A stretch of DNA of 64,000 bases from an uncultured Bacteroidales bacterium (GTDB lineage: Bacteria > Bacteroidota > Bacteroidia > Bacteroidales > VadinHA17). The translations under genes and the position numbers were made by a program. The notes below the pieces were generated by a model. It made no database searches. It saw only the letters and a program-made list of their open reading frames with translations, and was not told where the DNA came from. Below, one piece after another: positions 31,585 through 40,551 of the stretch. Position 1 is the first letter of the stretch, and every line of letters starts with the position of its first letter. The stretch covers positions 306,946-370,945 of the forward strand of contig CAWBYC010000005.1 in the NCBI GenBank assembly GCA_963792925.1. Direction: 5' to 3'.

Positions 31585-33877
31585 ATGATTAGTACTTTAT
31601 TTTGGATTGTTCCAATTTCAGCGCTTCTGGCATTATTGTTTGCCTGGATCTTTTACAAAGGAATGATTGTACAGGAACAGGGAACCGACAAAGATGAAAG
31701 AAATTGCTGCGTACGTTAGCGAGGGAGCTATGGCATACCTCAGACGTCAGTATTCAGTTGTAGGCAAGGTATTTATAATCCTTGTTGTATTACTATCGAT
31801 ACTGGCTTATATGGGTATACAGAACCCATTTGTGCCGATTGCTTTTCTTACAGGTGGTTTTTTCTCGGGCTTATGTGGTTACCTGGGAATGAAAACTGCA
31901 ACAGCTGCTTCAAACAGGACAGCCTGGGCTGCTTCAAAATCGCTTAACAAAGGATTACAGGTAGCATTGCGAAGTGGTGCTGTTATGGGTCTTGTAGTTG
32001 TTGGTTTTGGACTTCTTGACATCGCAATATGGTTTATATTGCTCAATAAGGCGGTTTTTACTCCTGAGCATATGGCAAATGGCCTTCATTTCCTTGGCCT
32101 TACATTTGTTGCCGCAGGAACCGATGAGCATCAGAAATTTATTGAAATAACAGCTACTATGCTTACATTTGGTATGGGTGCTTCAACACAGGCTCTTATT
32201 TGCACGTGTTGGTGGTGGTATCTTTACAAAAGCTGCTGACGTTGGTGCTGACCTGGTTGGTAAAGTTGAAGCAGGTATTCCTGAAGATGATCCACGTAAC
32301 CCTGCAACTATCGCTGATAACGTAGGTGATAACGTAGGTGACGTTGCCGGTATGGGTGCCGACCTTTACGAATCTTATGCAGGTTCAATCCTTGCAACTG
32401 CCGCTCTGGGTGCTGCACTTCCAATCACTTGCACCGGGTGATCAGATGAAAGCAATTATTGCACCTATGATGGTATCTGCTATTGGTATTATCCTATCAA
32501 TTGTAGGAGTTTATATGGTAAGAACAAAAGAAGATGCTACTCCGAAAGCTCTTCTCCGTGCTCTTCTGCTTGGTACCGGAGGTAGTTCAGCTCTTATTCT
32601 TGCAGTACTCGCTGGAATGGCTGCTATTGACTGGATCACATGGGGCGTCTTTGGCGCTGCTGTTTCAGGTCTTGTTGCAGGTGTTATTATTGGCCAGTCA
32701 ACTGAATATTTTACATCAGATGGCAATGCACCCACACAGGGTATTGCAAAACAGTCACAACAGGGTCCTGCTACAGTAATTATTGAAGGTATGGCTGTAG
32801 GCATGTATTCAACATGGATCCCTGTAATCACAATCGTTGCCGGTATCATTGCCGCATATGGTTTTGCAGGTGGTTTCCATAGTTTTGCAAATGGCGTTTA
32901 CGGTATAGGTTTTGCATCTGTAGGGATGCTTTCCACTCTTGGGGTTACTCTTGCTACTGATGCTTTCGGACCGATTGCTGACAATGCAGGAGGAAATGCT
33001 GAAATGGCCGGACTACCTGAAGAAGTAAGAGAAAGAACTGATGCTCTCGACGGTCTTGGCAACACCACAGCCGCTACAGGTAAAGGATTTGCTATTGGTT
33101 CAGCTGCCCTTACAGCTCTTGCACTTATGGCTGCTTATATGGAAGAAATCAGGATGTGGCTAACAAGAATGGTTGATAAAGCTCCTGAAGGATTTAAACA
33201 GATTGGTGATACCTTATTCTATCATAACACGATGCCTGCCGTACATGATGGTCAGGTAGCAGTGAATCTTGCCAATGCAAACATTAAAGATTTTGTTTCT
33301 GCCTATGATCTCTCAGTTTTCAATCCGATCCTTCTTGGTGGCATCTTTATCGGAGCTATGATGGCATTCCTTTTCAGTGCCATGAGCATGAAAGCAGTGG
33401 GAAGAGCTGCCGGTAAAATGGTTGATGAAGTAAGACGTCAGTTCCGCGAAATTCCGGGTATCATGGATGGTACTGGAAAACCTGAGTATGCAAAATGTGT
33501 TGAGATCTCAACAGCAGGTGCGCAGAGCGAAATGCTGGTTCCTTCACTGATGGCTATTGCTGTTCCTATGGTAGTTGGTATTGTACTCGGAGTTCCCGGA
33601 GTTATCGGTCTGCTTGCAGGAGGTATGAGCAGCAGGATTTGTTCTTGCAAGTATGCTTAATAATGCAGGCGGCGCCTGGGATAATGCCAAAAAATATATT
33701 GAAAGAGGCAATTATGGCGGCAAGAAAAGCGAATGTCATAAAGCCACAGTTGTTGGTGATACAGTTGGTGATCCTTTCAAAGATACATCAGGCCCGGCTC
33801 TTAACATCCTCATCAAACTGATGTCGATGGTATCTGTTGTGCTTGCGGGTCTTACAGTTGCATGGAGTCTGTTTTAG
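31585..33877 (+). pseudogene. hppA: Membrane-integral pyrophosphate-energised cation pump (K+-dependent-type signature), 4 or more frame breaks
   Basis: Conserved M-PPase motifs [26 protein letters not shown] and [26 protein letters not shown] carries Ala at the K+-dependence determinant. The fragments are 31585-31720, 31667..32239, 32169..32441, 32338..33660 and 33653..33877. Confidence 0.9.
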
Positions 33878-33902
33878 TCAATAGATAATTCATATAATAT
33901 AA

Positions 33903-33938
33903 AAGGGGATACGCTTCGGCAGATCCCCTTTTTTTTTT
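33903..33938 (+). terminator. Rho-independent terminator after hppA
   Basis: GGGGAT (33905-33910) pairs with ATCCCC (33923-33928). An inner GC-TTCG-GC tetraloop hairpin sits between them, and a 10-nt T-run follows. Confidence 0.8.
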
Positions 33939-33971
33939 GATTAATGGTAAAGACCTCCGGGGGAAATTTCC

Positions 33972-34401
33972 CCTCCTTTTTTCAGGCTAATCTTTTTTCA
34001 CACCTTAACTGAGAATAATACTTTTGAAAATTTGTACAGTCCTCGGAGATCCCTCGCTCATCCACCTTATGTTCACAACTATCTGTAAATGAGTGGGGTG
34101 GATTCGCTCGGGATGACAGTCGGTTATAGAGGACAAGGGGGGAAGGAAGAAGCGGCGATTCGACCGGAATCTTTTAAATGTTGAAAATTATTGTTTCGAA
34201 TCGCCGCTTCTTCCTTCCCCATATCCACCTAAAAACGTGTCATCCCGAAACTCATCCACCCCTAAACACAACTCTAAAGCAATGGTTATAAGGTGGATGA
34301 GTTGAGGGATCTCCCAAACATTTACCGATTTTTATTAACTCATTCTTGCTTTTGGTGATACAAGGGAAAAGATGTGATGTAAGATTAGTTGAAAAGGGAG
34401 G
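33972..34401. repeat. Four-tier nested palindromic element, copy A (about 430 bp)
   Basis: There are four nested arm pairs. M1 is 33972-34004 / 34365-34401. M2 is GGAGATCCCTCGCTCATCCACC at 34045-34066 / 34292-34315. M3 is GGTGGATTCGCTCGGGATGAC at 34097-34117 / 34239-34260. M4 is GGGGGGAAGGAAGAAGCGGCGATTCGA at 34137-34163 / 34196-34220, a perfect 25-bp stem with a 32-nt loop. Confidence 0.85.
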
Positions 34402-34436
34402 ATACTAATGTCCTGGTGTTATAGCCTACTCTTATG

Positions 34437-35171
34437 TTATTGTTTCAGCGCCGCTTTTGTGAATTTGAATTCGGGTATATCCTGATCAAATTTTACACTC
34501 GTCATTTTGAATTCCGTACCGCTTCCTTCCTTTAACATATCCTTGTATACAATTGTCATCGGGAACCACCGACCCCCGATCTGCCTTATATCCGAAAGCG
34601 TACTTCTTTTCAGAAGCTGTCCGCCTTTGGCATACATCTCCTGTTTTAATGGTACATAATGCTCGGTATCAACCCAGATTTTCTGAGAATGATAAGCGAC
34701 ATCCTCAACTTTCGCGGTTAATTCCAGCACATAGGTATTTCTGCCATCGATTGTCTCATTTCCAATTACTTTTGCAGAGTACACATCGGTGAGCTTCCTG
34801 TCATCCATCATATCTTCATACGAAAGATCCGATCCCATAACTGACTGGCGAAGCATATGCCCTGAAATTTGAATTATCCTGTCGGTTGAAGGCGAATATA
34901 TCCATAATTGATTTTCAAGCTTGAGCATCTTTGTCCCTTTATCCCGGGCAGGGGAGAGATACTCTGTAAATGACTTTTTATTGCCTTCAGAATATGAGAT
35001 TGATGTCATGCTCCGGTCTGTCCGGCGACCATGAATTATCATCTCCGATTCAAAAACCCTGTTTTTTGATGACATGTTTTTGTCTACCTTATCCAAAATG
35101 GTATTGGCATCAGGTTGTGTGCCGAAGTTCATTAGAAAAATGACAGGTAAAATGTTGAGTATCTTATTCAT
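34437..35171 (-). CDS. LolA-like outer-membrane lipoprotein-sorting family protein (secreted)
   Basis: 244 aa with a signal peptide. The pattern (...KMLKLENQLWIYSPSTDRIIQISGHMLRQSVMGSDLSYEDM...) is typical of LolA-like proteins that accompany FtsX/MacB-type ABC systems. Confidence 0.65.
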   Translation of the reverse strand: MNKILNILPVIFLMNFGTQPDANTILDKVDKNMSSKNRVFESEMIIHGRRTDRSMTSISYSEGNKKSFTEYLSPARDKGTKMLKLENQLWIYSPSTDRIIQISGHMLRQSVMGSDLSYEDMMDDRKLTDVYSAKVIGNETIDGRNTYVLELTAKVEDVAYHSQKIWVDTEHYVPLKQEMYAKGGQLLKRSTLSDIRQIGGRWFPMTIVYKDMLKEGSGTEFKMTSVKFDQDIPEFKFTKAALKQ

Positions 35172-35243
35172 ATCATATATTTAATTTAACAAGTCGCTTG
35201 AAAACCGATTTATTTACCGCCCAAGGGACAATCACCTTCCTAG

Positions 35244-35261
35244 CCCCCTTCGGAAAGGGGG
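35244..35261. repeat. GC-rich hairpin 'word' CCCCCTTCGGAAAGGGGG in an intercistronic gap
   Basis: A perfect 7-bp stem with a 4-nt loop, in the 112-bp gap between the FtsX permease stop (35284) and the LolA-like start (35171). Confidence 0.6.
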
Positions 35262-35283
35262 AATCGGTGCACGGCTCGATGGT

Positions 35284-36558
35284 TTAAACTTCCAATTCAT
35301 GAAAGAGCTGTGATGTTCTTCTTTTATAAATTGCGAAACCAGCCAGAGCGCTTCCAAGAACTGTCGCAATCAGTCCCGGGAAAAAACCAACATAGAACAA
35401 TCCCGGAGTGACTTCCGCTCTGTAAACCGTAGGAATCATCATGCCTACATTGTTGACTATACCCGACATATCGAGCCCGTAAGTCTGCATGTAATATGCC
35501 CCGCCCAAACCTAATCCTGTTCCAATAAGTGAGCCAATGATACCGATAAGTATCGCTTCATAGATTGTTGTCAGGTAGATATGCTTTTTTTCCTCGCCCA
35601 GGGCAAGACGTATTCCAAATTCGCTGTATCTTCTTAATCCTCCAAGCAGTCCGGTATTCCACAAAACGATTGACATGGCAAAAATGAAGATCGAAGCCAT
35701 CATTGTGCCTGAACTATCGGCAAGCTTCAGGTAGTCTCCCAGACCTTCCTGTTCTATGAGCCGTGACATTACGGGGGAAAATTCATCATTTTTATCACTA
35801 TATTTTGCATTGAATGAATCTTCGATTTGTTTTGCCTTGAGGTCATCATAGACACCATCTCTGAAATATCCCAGTACTTCGCTCGATCCGTCCTCCATGT
35901 CGAGCGCGGTCTGAGCATCGCTAATATCCATAAATATCGCTCCTCTGTCGAGCATGGCATTACCGAATCTCATCGTTCCGCTGATCTCGAAGGTTTTAAA
36001 CATCATGCTTCCGTTCATCGTCGAGCCAAAGAGCGTTATTTTATCTCCGACACCAACCTTGAATCTGTTAGCGAAATCATCACTGATGAGAGCCTGACCC
36101 TGCCTTACCGGGACTGTGCCTTTCACAAGAGATTTTGTAATATTCATGCGTTCCGGTTCATTGCTTCCGGGAGTAAGAAAGTCTATTGCTGTACCCATAG
36201 CCTGGCCCTGGCCTCTTGTTTCCCCTACTGAATCAGGAACGTCCAGAAGCCCCCCAGTCTGGATACGTTCTACCCATTCCATTTCAGGATATTCTTCCTT
36301 AAGTCGGATCATCAGATCTGTAACATTAAGCAGGGCCAGATCGTTTGGCAGCTGATCAGCATTCTCAGAATAAGCTCTGGTGAGTACTTTCACATGTCCG
36401 GTATAAAATCTTGCATTGAGGTCCGTAATATCATTAAAGATCCCTTTCATGAATCCGCTCATAAATACCGTAAGAAAGACTCCCAGTGCTACAACTATTA
36501 TGGGCAATAGACTTCTGCTCCTGTCACGCAAAATTCCTTTAAATAAAAACTTTATCAT
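35284..36558 (-). CDS. ABC transporter permease, FtsX/MacB family
   Basis: 424 aa: an N-terminal TM helix, a large periplasmic domain and a C-terminal FtsX 3-TM bundle. Confidence 0.8.
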   Translation of the reverse strand: MIKFLFKGILRDRSRSLLPIIVVALGVFLTVFMSGFMKGIFNDITDLNARFYTGHVKVLTRAYSENADQLPNDLALLNVTDLMIRLKEEYPEMEWVERIQTGGLLDVPDSVGETRGQGQAMGTAIDFLTPGSNEPERMNITKSLVKGTVPVRQGQALISDDFANRFKVGVGDKITLFGSTMNGSMMFKTFEISGTMRFGNAMLDRGAIFMDISDAQTALDMEDGSSEVLGYFRDGVYDDLKAKQIEDSFNAKYSDKNDEFSPVMSRLIEQEGLGDYLKLADSSGTMMASIFIFAMSIVLWNTGLLGGLRRYSEFGIRLALGEEKKHIYLTTIYEAILIGIIGSLIGTGLGLGGAYYMQTYGLDMSGIVNNVGMMIPTVYRAEVTPGLFYVGFFPGLIATVLGSALAGFAIYKRRTSQLFHELEV

Positions 36559-37724
36559 GATAATTTTCCTTTCAAAGCGTCAGTAGGTTTCATCCTGGCT
36601 ATTTTACGGGCAGGCAGATAGCTGACAATGGTTGCTGTTATGACTACAATTATTATCGTTACGAGAATCAGATGCAGACTATAGTATGGGAAGATTTTTT
36701 CTGCAATAGGAAGATCGGTCGCTTTGGTAGCGGCTTTCATGGATAGGCCGACCTTGCCCAGTAGCAGGAATAGTGGTATTCCATAAAGTGCTCCTACGAT
36801 AGTTGCCAGGATGCTGTGGGCGCCACCTTCAACTGTAAAGATCCCGACAACCTGTAGTCTGGTCATGCCAAGTGCAATATAGGTTCCAATCTCCTTCTGC
36901 CTGCGGAAAATTGACAAGACCTGGGTATCGAAAATTGCAATAAGCGCAATAATGAGCAGCAGACCTTCCATGATTGATCCACCGGCTTTCTTTGCCTGTA
37001 TTATCTTATCAATATCTGCGAGAAGATAATTCTGATCCCTGAATATCCAGTCTCCCATTTCCTTAAGTTGAAACTGTTTCCCGGCCACCAGCATGGTGAC
37101 TTCATTATTCATACCCATCATTTTCTGCAAAACATCCAGTCGGAGATATATTTGCCCTTTGTCGGCAGCTGGCACATCGCATTTGAATATTGAAGCTATT
37201 TTGATATCACGGGCATCGAATGTCCCGTTTTTATCACGCCATCTCAGCAACAGTTTGTCGCCGACTTTCAGTTTTGCCGATTCGGCCATCCTGTTGCCAA
37301 TAATGGCATAATCAAATTCATCGGAAGGTTTTAGTTGGGACGTTGGCAGTTTAAGAACAGTCTGCCCGGGATCAATACCTTTGAGCATAACTGTCTCAAG
37401 CCTTCCCTGCGGGAAAGCAGTAGCCTGGGCTATCAAAACCGGCACGAGATTTTTTTTATCGATCTCCGATTGAATTTCTGCATTGACCGGTCCGTGTGAA
37501 TCCTGTATGGTAAATGCATCAAACTTGTCATATTTTGGGTGCCAGAACTGCCCGTAACCTATTTCCCAATCGCGGGTATCATTACGGCTCGTCCTGTTCC
37601 ATCCGTCAATCACTCCATTATAAAAAATAATAATTACAAAGGCAAAGGAGAGAACCGCTACATTCAGCCAGGTCCTCAGACCCGCGCCTATCAGGTTTTT
37701 AAATGCTAATTTTAGTGATAACAT
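36555..37724 (-). CDS. ABC transporter permease, FtsX/MacB family
   Basis: 389 aa with the same architecture as the downstream permease. The two overlap by 4 nt. Confidence 0.8.
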   Translation of the reverse strand: MLSLKLAFKNLIGAGLRTWLNVAVLSFAFVIIIFYNGVIDGWNRTSRNDTRDWEIGYGQFWHPKYDKFDAFTIQDSHGPVNAEIQSEIDKKNLVPVLIAQATAFPQGRLETVMLKGIDPGQTVLKLPTSQLKPSDEFDYAIIGNRMAESAKLKVGDKLLLRWRDKNGTFDARDIKIASIFKCDVPAADKGQIYLRLDVLQKMMGMNNEVTMLVAGKQFQLKEMGDWIFRDQNYLLADIDKIIQAKKAGGSIMEGLLLIIALIAIFDTQVLSIFRRQKEIGTYIALGMTRLQVVGIFTVEGGAHSILATIVGALYGIPLFLLLGKVGLSMKAATKATDLPIAEKIFPYYSLHLILVTIIIVVITATIVSYLPARKIARMKPTDALKGKLS

Positions 37725-37728
37725 AGTC

Positions 37729-38430
37729 TTAGTTCTTTGCGTCGGTTACCGGAACATCTTTTACTACTTTGCCATCTTCGAGTCTTACAATCCGGTTCAG
37801 GTATTGCATAACCTTTTCATCATGAGTGGCAAAAAGAAAAGTTGTATTTAATTCCCTGTTCAGACTTTTCATGGTCTGAAGTATGTGATGGGAATTCTCT
37901 GAATCGAGATTTGCTGTTGGCTCATCGGCCAGTACGATCTCAGGACGTTTTACCATCGACCGGGCAATTGCAACGCGCTGACATTCACCTCCTGACAGCA
38001 TCGCCGGTCTCGATTTTACTTTATCAGTGAGCCCAACCCATTCCAGAGCATCCATTACTGCTTTCTTCCTTTGGGCACCAGACAAATTCTGGAGAAGAAG
38101 AGCGAATTCAACATTCTCATAGACAGTATAAACGGGTAAAAGGTTGAAGGTTTGAAAAATGAAGCCAATATGACGGTTTCTGAGAACCGCTGATTGCTTA
38201 TGGGATAGCGATGCTATTGATTTTCCGAGAACAATTACATCGCCTTCCGATGGGGAGTCAAGCGAACCAATAATATTAAGCAGGGTGGTCTTACCCGATC
38301 CGCTTGGTCCCACCAGGCCGGTAAATTCGCCTTTTCCAAAATCCATGCTGATGTTTTTGAGTGCGGTGAATTCGGCCTTACCTACAGGGAACCGTTTTAC
38401 GAGATTTTCAATTTTTACGATTTTGTCCAT
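37729..38430 (-). CDS. ABC transporter ATP-binding protein (LolD/MacB-type)
   Basis: Walker A GPSGSGKTT, signature LSGGECQR, Walker B VLADEPT. Confidence 0.9.
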   Translation of the reverse strand: MDKIVKIENLVKRFPVGKAEFTALKNISMDFGKGEFTGLVGPSGSGKTTLLNIIGSLDSPSEGDVIVLGKSIASLSHKQSAVLRNRHIGFIFQTFNLLPVYTVYENVEFALLLQNLSGAQRKKAVMDALEWVGLTDKVKSRPAMLSGGECQRVAIARSMVKRPEIVLADEPTANLDSENSHHILQTMKSLNRELNTTFLFATHDEKVMQYLNRIVRLEDGKVVKDVPVTDAKN

Positions 38431-38436
38431 GTTTAA

Positions 38437-38621
38437 GCGTTTATCGTTTATCGATTTTTAATATTAAGAACTTACACAGAGTTGCACAGAGGACCACAGA
38501 GTTTCACAGAGTAAGCCCCATGCTCCCTGCTCCATGCCCTCCGCCACATCGCCTGTCGCCAATAATACATTCCACCTCTGTGGCTCTCTGTGGTCCTCTG
38601 TGGTTCTCTGTGTAAGTTCTT
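38437..38621. repeat. Composite intercistronic repeat: CGTTTATCG tandem, a CACAGAG-periodic inverted repeat, and the ACATCGCC...ATAATACAT motif
   Basis: GCGTTTATCGTTTATCGA is at 38437-38454. The left arm AAGAACTTACACAGAGTTGCACAGAGGACCACAGAGTTTCACAGAG is at 38466-38511. The right arm CCTCTGTGGCTCTCTGTGGTCCTCTGTGGTTCTCTGTGTAAGTTCTT is at 38575-38621. CACATCGCCTGTCGCCAATAATACAT lies in the loop at 38545-38570. Confidence 0.85.
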
Positions 38622-38630
38622 CATTTCTTA

Positions 38631-39776
38631 TTAATGATTGAATACGAACATCACCTGAACACCTTTTCCTGCAAACAGGTTCTGCCCAAGTCCCTGAGCC
38701 GGTATGTTATAATCCACCGGGTTCCAGAATCCCATCAGGTAAAATGTAATATTATTAAATTGTTTCTGCCAGCTGATAAAATTATAGGTTTTCCTGTTAT
38801 TCCAGTCAAAATATACAATCCCGCTGATGTTGTCGAAGAGCCCTATAGGGTATGAAGCAGACAACAGCGAGAAGGTGGTGGTGTTTTGAAAAGCGAATGG
38901 TTTTTTATCGTATGAGGCAAGTAATTGTTCAAATATTACATATAAGCCATTGCCTGCGTTGAAAGTGTAGTCGGTGCCAAGATTAAGTATTTCCTGGTTT
39001 GTGAATATTCCCAGATCCTTGTTCTTTTTAGCCCATGAACCTTCAAACCATAATCCCACAACGAGGTCGAGCTTGATGTCGAAACCAAGTTTATTCTCAG
39101 GCACTTCACTGAATTCAGGTATGGATGCGTTTAATTTCCTCGTATCAGAGATCCGGTAATTATAAGTTATTGCTGCTTCACCTGTCGGGACAGGAATCTG
39201 AACCCTTCCACCCGCCTCAGGATAGCGGCTGTTTGTGCCTGCCGGTTCCCATCCTCTTGGTTTTGTATTTCCATAGAGACCCCAGAGCCAGATATTGGCA
39301 TTATTCAAGAAATAATATCTTCCCAGAACACCCCAGACTCCGTCTGTCAGTTTCAGCGGATCGCGGGGATCAATCTGATCAAACCACATAAGAGGCCGCA
39401 GGAGGGATGCAGAACCGAAATTTAATTTCTGCAGACCTGCACGGAGCTCAAGCTGATGCGAAGAGTATCTTACCCAGGCACGATAGGGCTTTATCTGGCC
39501 AGAGGTTTTGAGAGAGTCAAATGGATTCAATCCGGCACTTCCGTTTATGTTTGCCGAGATTTCAAAATCAATCAGATGATCATTTTTCAGTAGAATACCC
39601 GAATTCAATTGAGGAATATATCTCACCCCGGAGTAGAGAGGAAGCTTATTCCCACCGTTATAGTTTATCCATGCTGATGCCTGCCCTTTAAAGGTGAGGC
39701 TGTCCTGTGCCTTACAATATGGAGGAAGGATAATAAGCAGAAGCAGAAGAAATATTATGCCGGTGTTCTTTTTCAT
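38631..39776 (-). CDS. Putative outer-membrane beta-barrel protein of unknown family
   Basis: Signal peptide (IFLLLLLIILPPYCKAQ) and an alternating aromatic/hydrophobic beta-strand pattern throughout. Overlaps the TetR gene by 4 nt. Confidence 0.5.
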   Translation of the reverse strand: MKKNTGIIFLLLLLIILPPYCKAQDSLTFKGQASAWINYNGGNKLPLYSGVRYIPQLNSGILLKNDHLIDFEISANINGSAGLNPFDSLKTSGQIKPYRAWVRYSSHQLELRAGLQKLNFGSASLLRPLMWFDQIDPRDPLKLTDGVWGVLGRYYFLNNANIWLWGLYGNTKPRGWEPAGTNSRYPEAGGRVQIPVPTGEAAITYNYRISDTRKLNASIPEFSEVPENKLGFDIKLDLVVGLWFEGSWAKKNKDLGIFTNQEILNLGTDYTFNAGNGLYVIFEQLLASYDKKPFAFQNTTTFSLLSASYPIGLFDNISGIVYFDWNNRKTYNFISWQKQFNNITFYLMGFWNPVDYNIPAQGLGQNLFAGKGVQVMFVFNH

Positions 39777-40363
39777 CGGTTAGCTGAAGGTGAAATACCA
39801 TAAAGAAACATATTCGCCAATTCCATAACAAGCTCGCGGGGTGTATTAAATAGCTTCATCACATCTTTATCAGTCAGCATTGGAGCAGATTTTTGCATAA
39901 AAAGGAACATAAATTCTATATTAAGGTCTTTCCTGATCCATCCCTCAATCTGTCCCGCTTTAAATAGCTCAAGAGTTTCCATCCACATTAATTTCGATTT
40001 CTCTTCTATGTATGAAGTCAATCCTAATTCCGGGTTATTATAAAAATCACTCAGGAACTCTTCACTGATATCAACTGTTCCTTCAAGTTTTAACTGAAGA
40101 ATCTTTTTCATCTTTTCGGATGGGGAAGTCTTTCCCTGCATTAGTTCCCTGAATTTTATTAAACCATCATTGGCAACCTTATCAAAAACAGCCCTGGCAA
40201 CTTCGAGTTTATTTGGGAAGAATCTGTAAAATGTCATCTTGCTCGTTTTAGCGTCCCGGCATATCTCATCAATTGTTACTCTCCGAAAGCCATATTTCCA
40301 AAACAGCTTTTGAGCTGATTGCAGGATTGCAGTGCATTTCTTATTGCTTATTAATACTTCCAT
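39773..40363 (-). CDS. TetR/AcrR-family transcriptional regulator
   Basis: N-terminal HTH (FWKYGFRRVTIDEICRDAKTSKMTFYRFFPNK). Confidence 0.88.
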   Translation of the reverse strand: MEVLISNKKCTAILQSAQKLFWKYGFRRVTIDEICRDAKTSKMTFYRFFPNKLEVARAVFDKVANDGLIKFRELMQGKTSPSEKMKKILQLKLEGTVDISEEFLSDFYNNPELGLTSYIEEKSKLMWMETLELFKAGQIEGWIRKDLNIEFMFLFMQKSAPMLTDKDVMKLFNTPRELVMELANMFLYGISPSANR

Positions 40364-40461
40364 TTAAGCTTATGATTATCGAAACAAAAATATACAAAAA
40401 ATCAATAAGTATACTAAAAAAGTAAATAAATAATAAAATAGTAATATTTAGGGAAAAGCGT

Positions 40462-40490
40462 AAAAAAAGACACTCTTTATATGAGTGTCT
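40462..40490 (-). terminator. Rho-independent terminator downstream of the NhaD-like transporter gene
   Basis: The minus strand reads AGACACTC-ATATAA-GAGTGTCT followed by T7 (the plus-strand A-run at 40462-40468). Confidence 0.75.
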
Positions 40491-40551
40491 AAGAGAAGAC
40501 TTTTACCACAACTATGTTAAATGTTTGAATATAATCTCTTTTATGTGATTA

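Noticed and set aside
32313-32345. Tandem DNA repeat GTAGGTGATAAC x2
   Set aside because: It encodes the universally conserved M-PPase motif DNVGDNVGD, so it is a protein-level repeat rather than a satellite.
34137-34220. tRNA-like T-loop string GATTCGAATC inside the central hairpin of the palindromic element (also at 47819-47866)
   Set aside because: No acceptor, D or anticodon arms can be drawn. The string is simply the palindromic junction of a 25-bp perfect stem.
38466-38621. Regularly spaced short repeats (CACAGAG every 10 nt) that could be mistaken for a CRISPR array
   Set aside because: The repeat unit is only 7 nt with 3-nt 'spacers'. The two blocks are inverted relative to each other and form a hairpin. 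There are no cas genes in the window.
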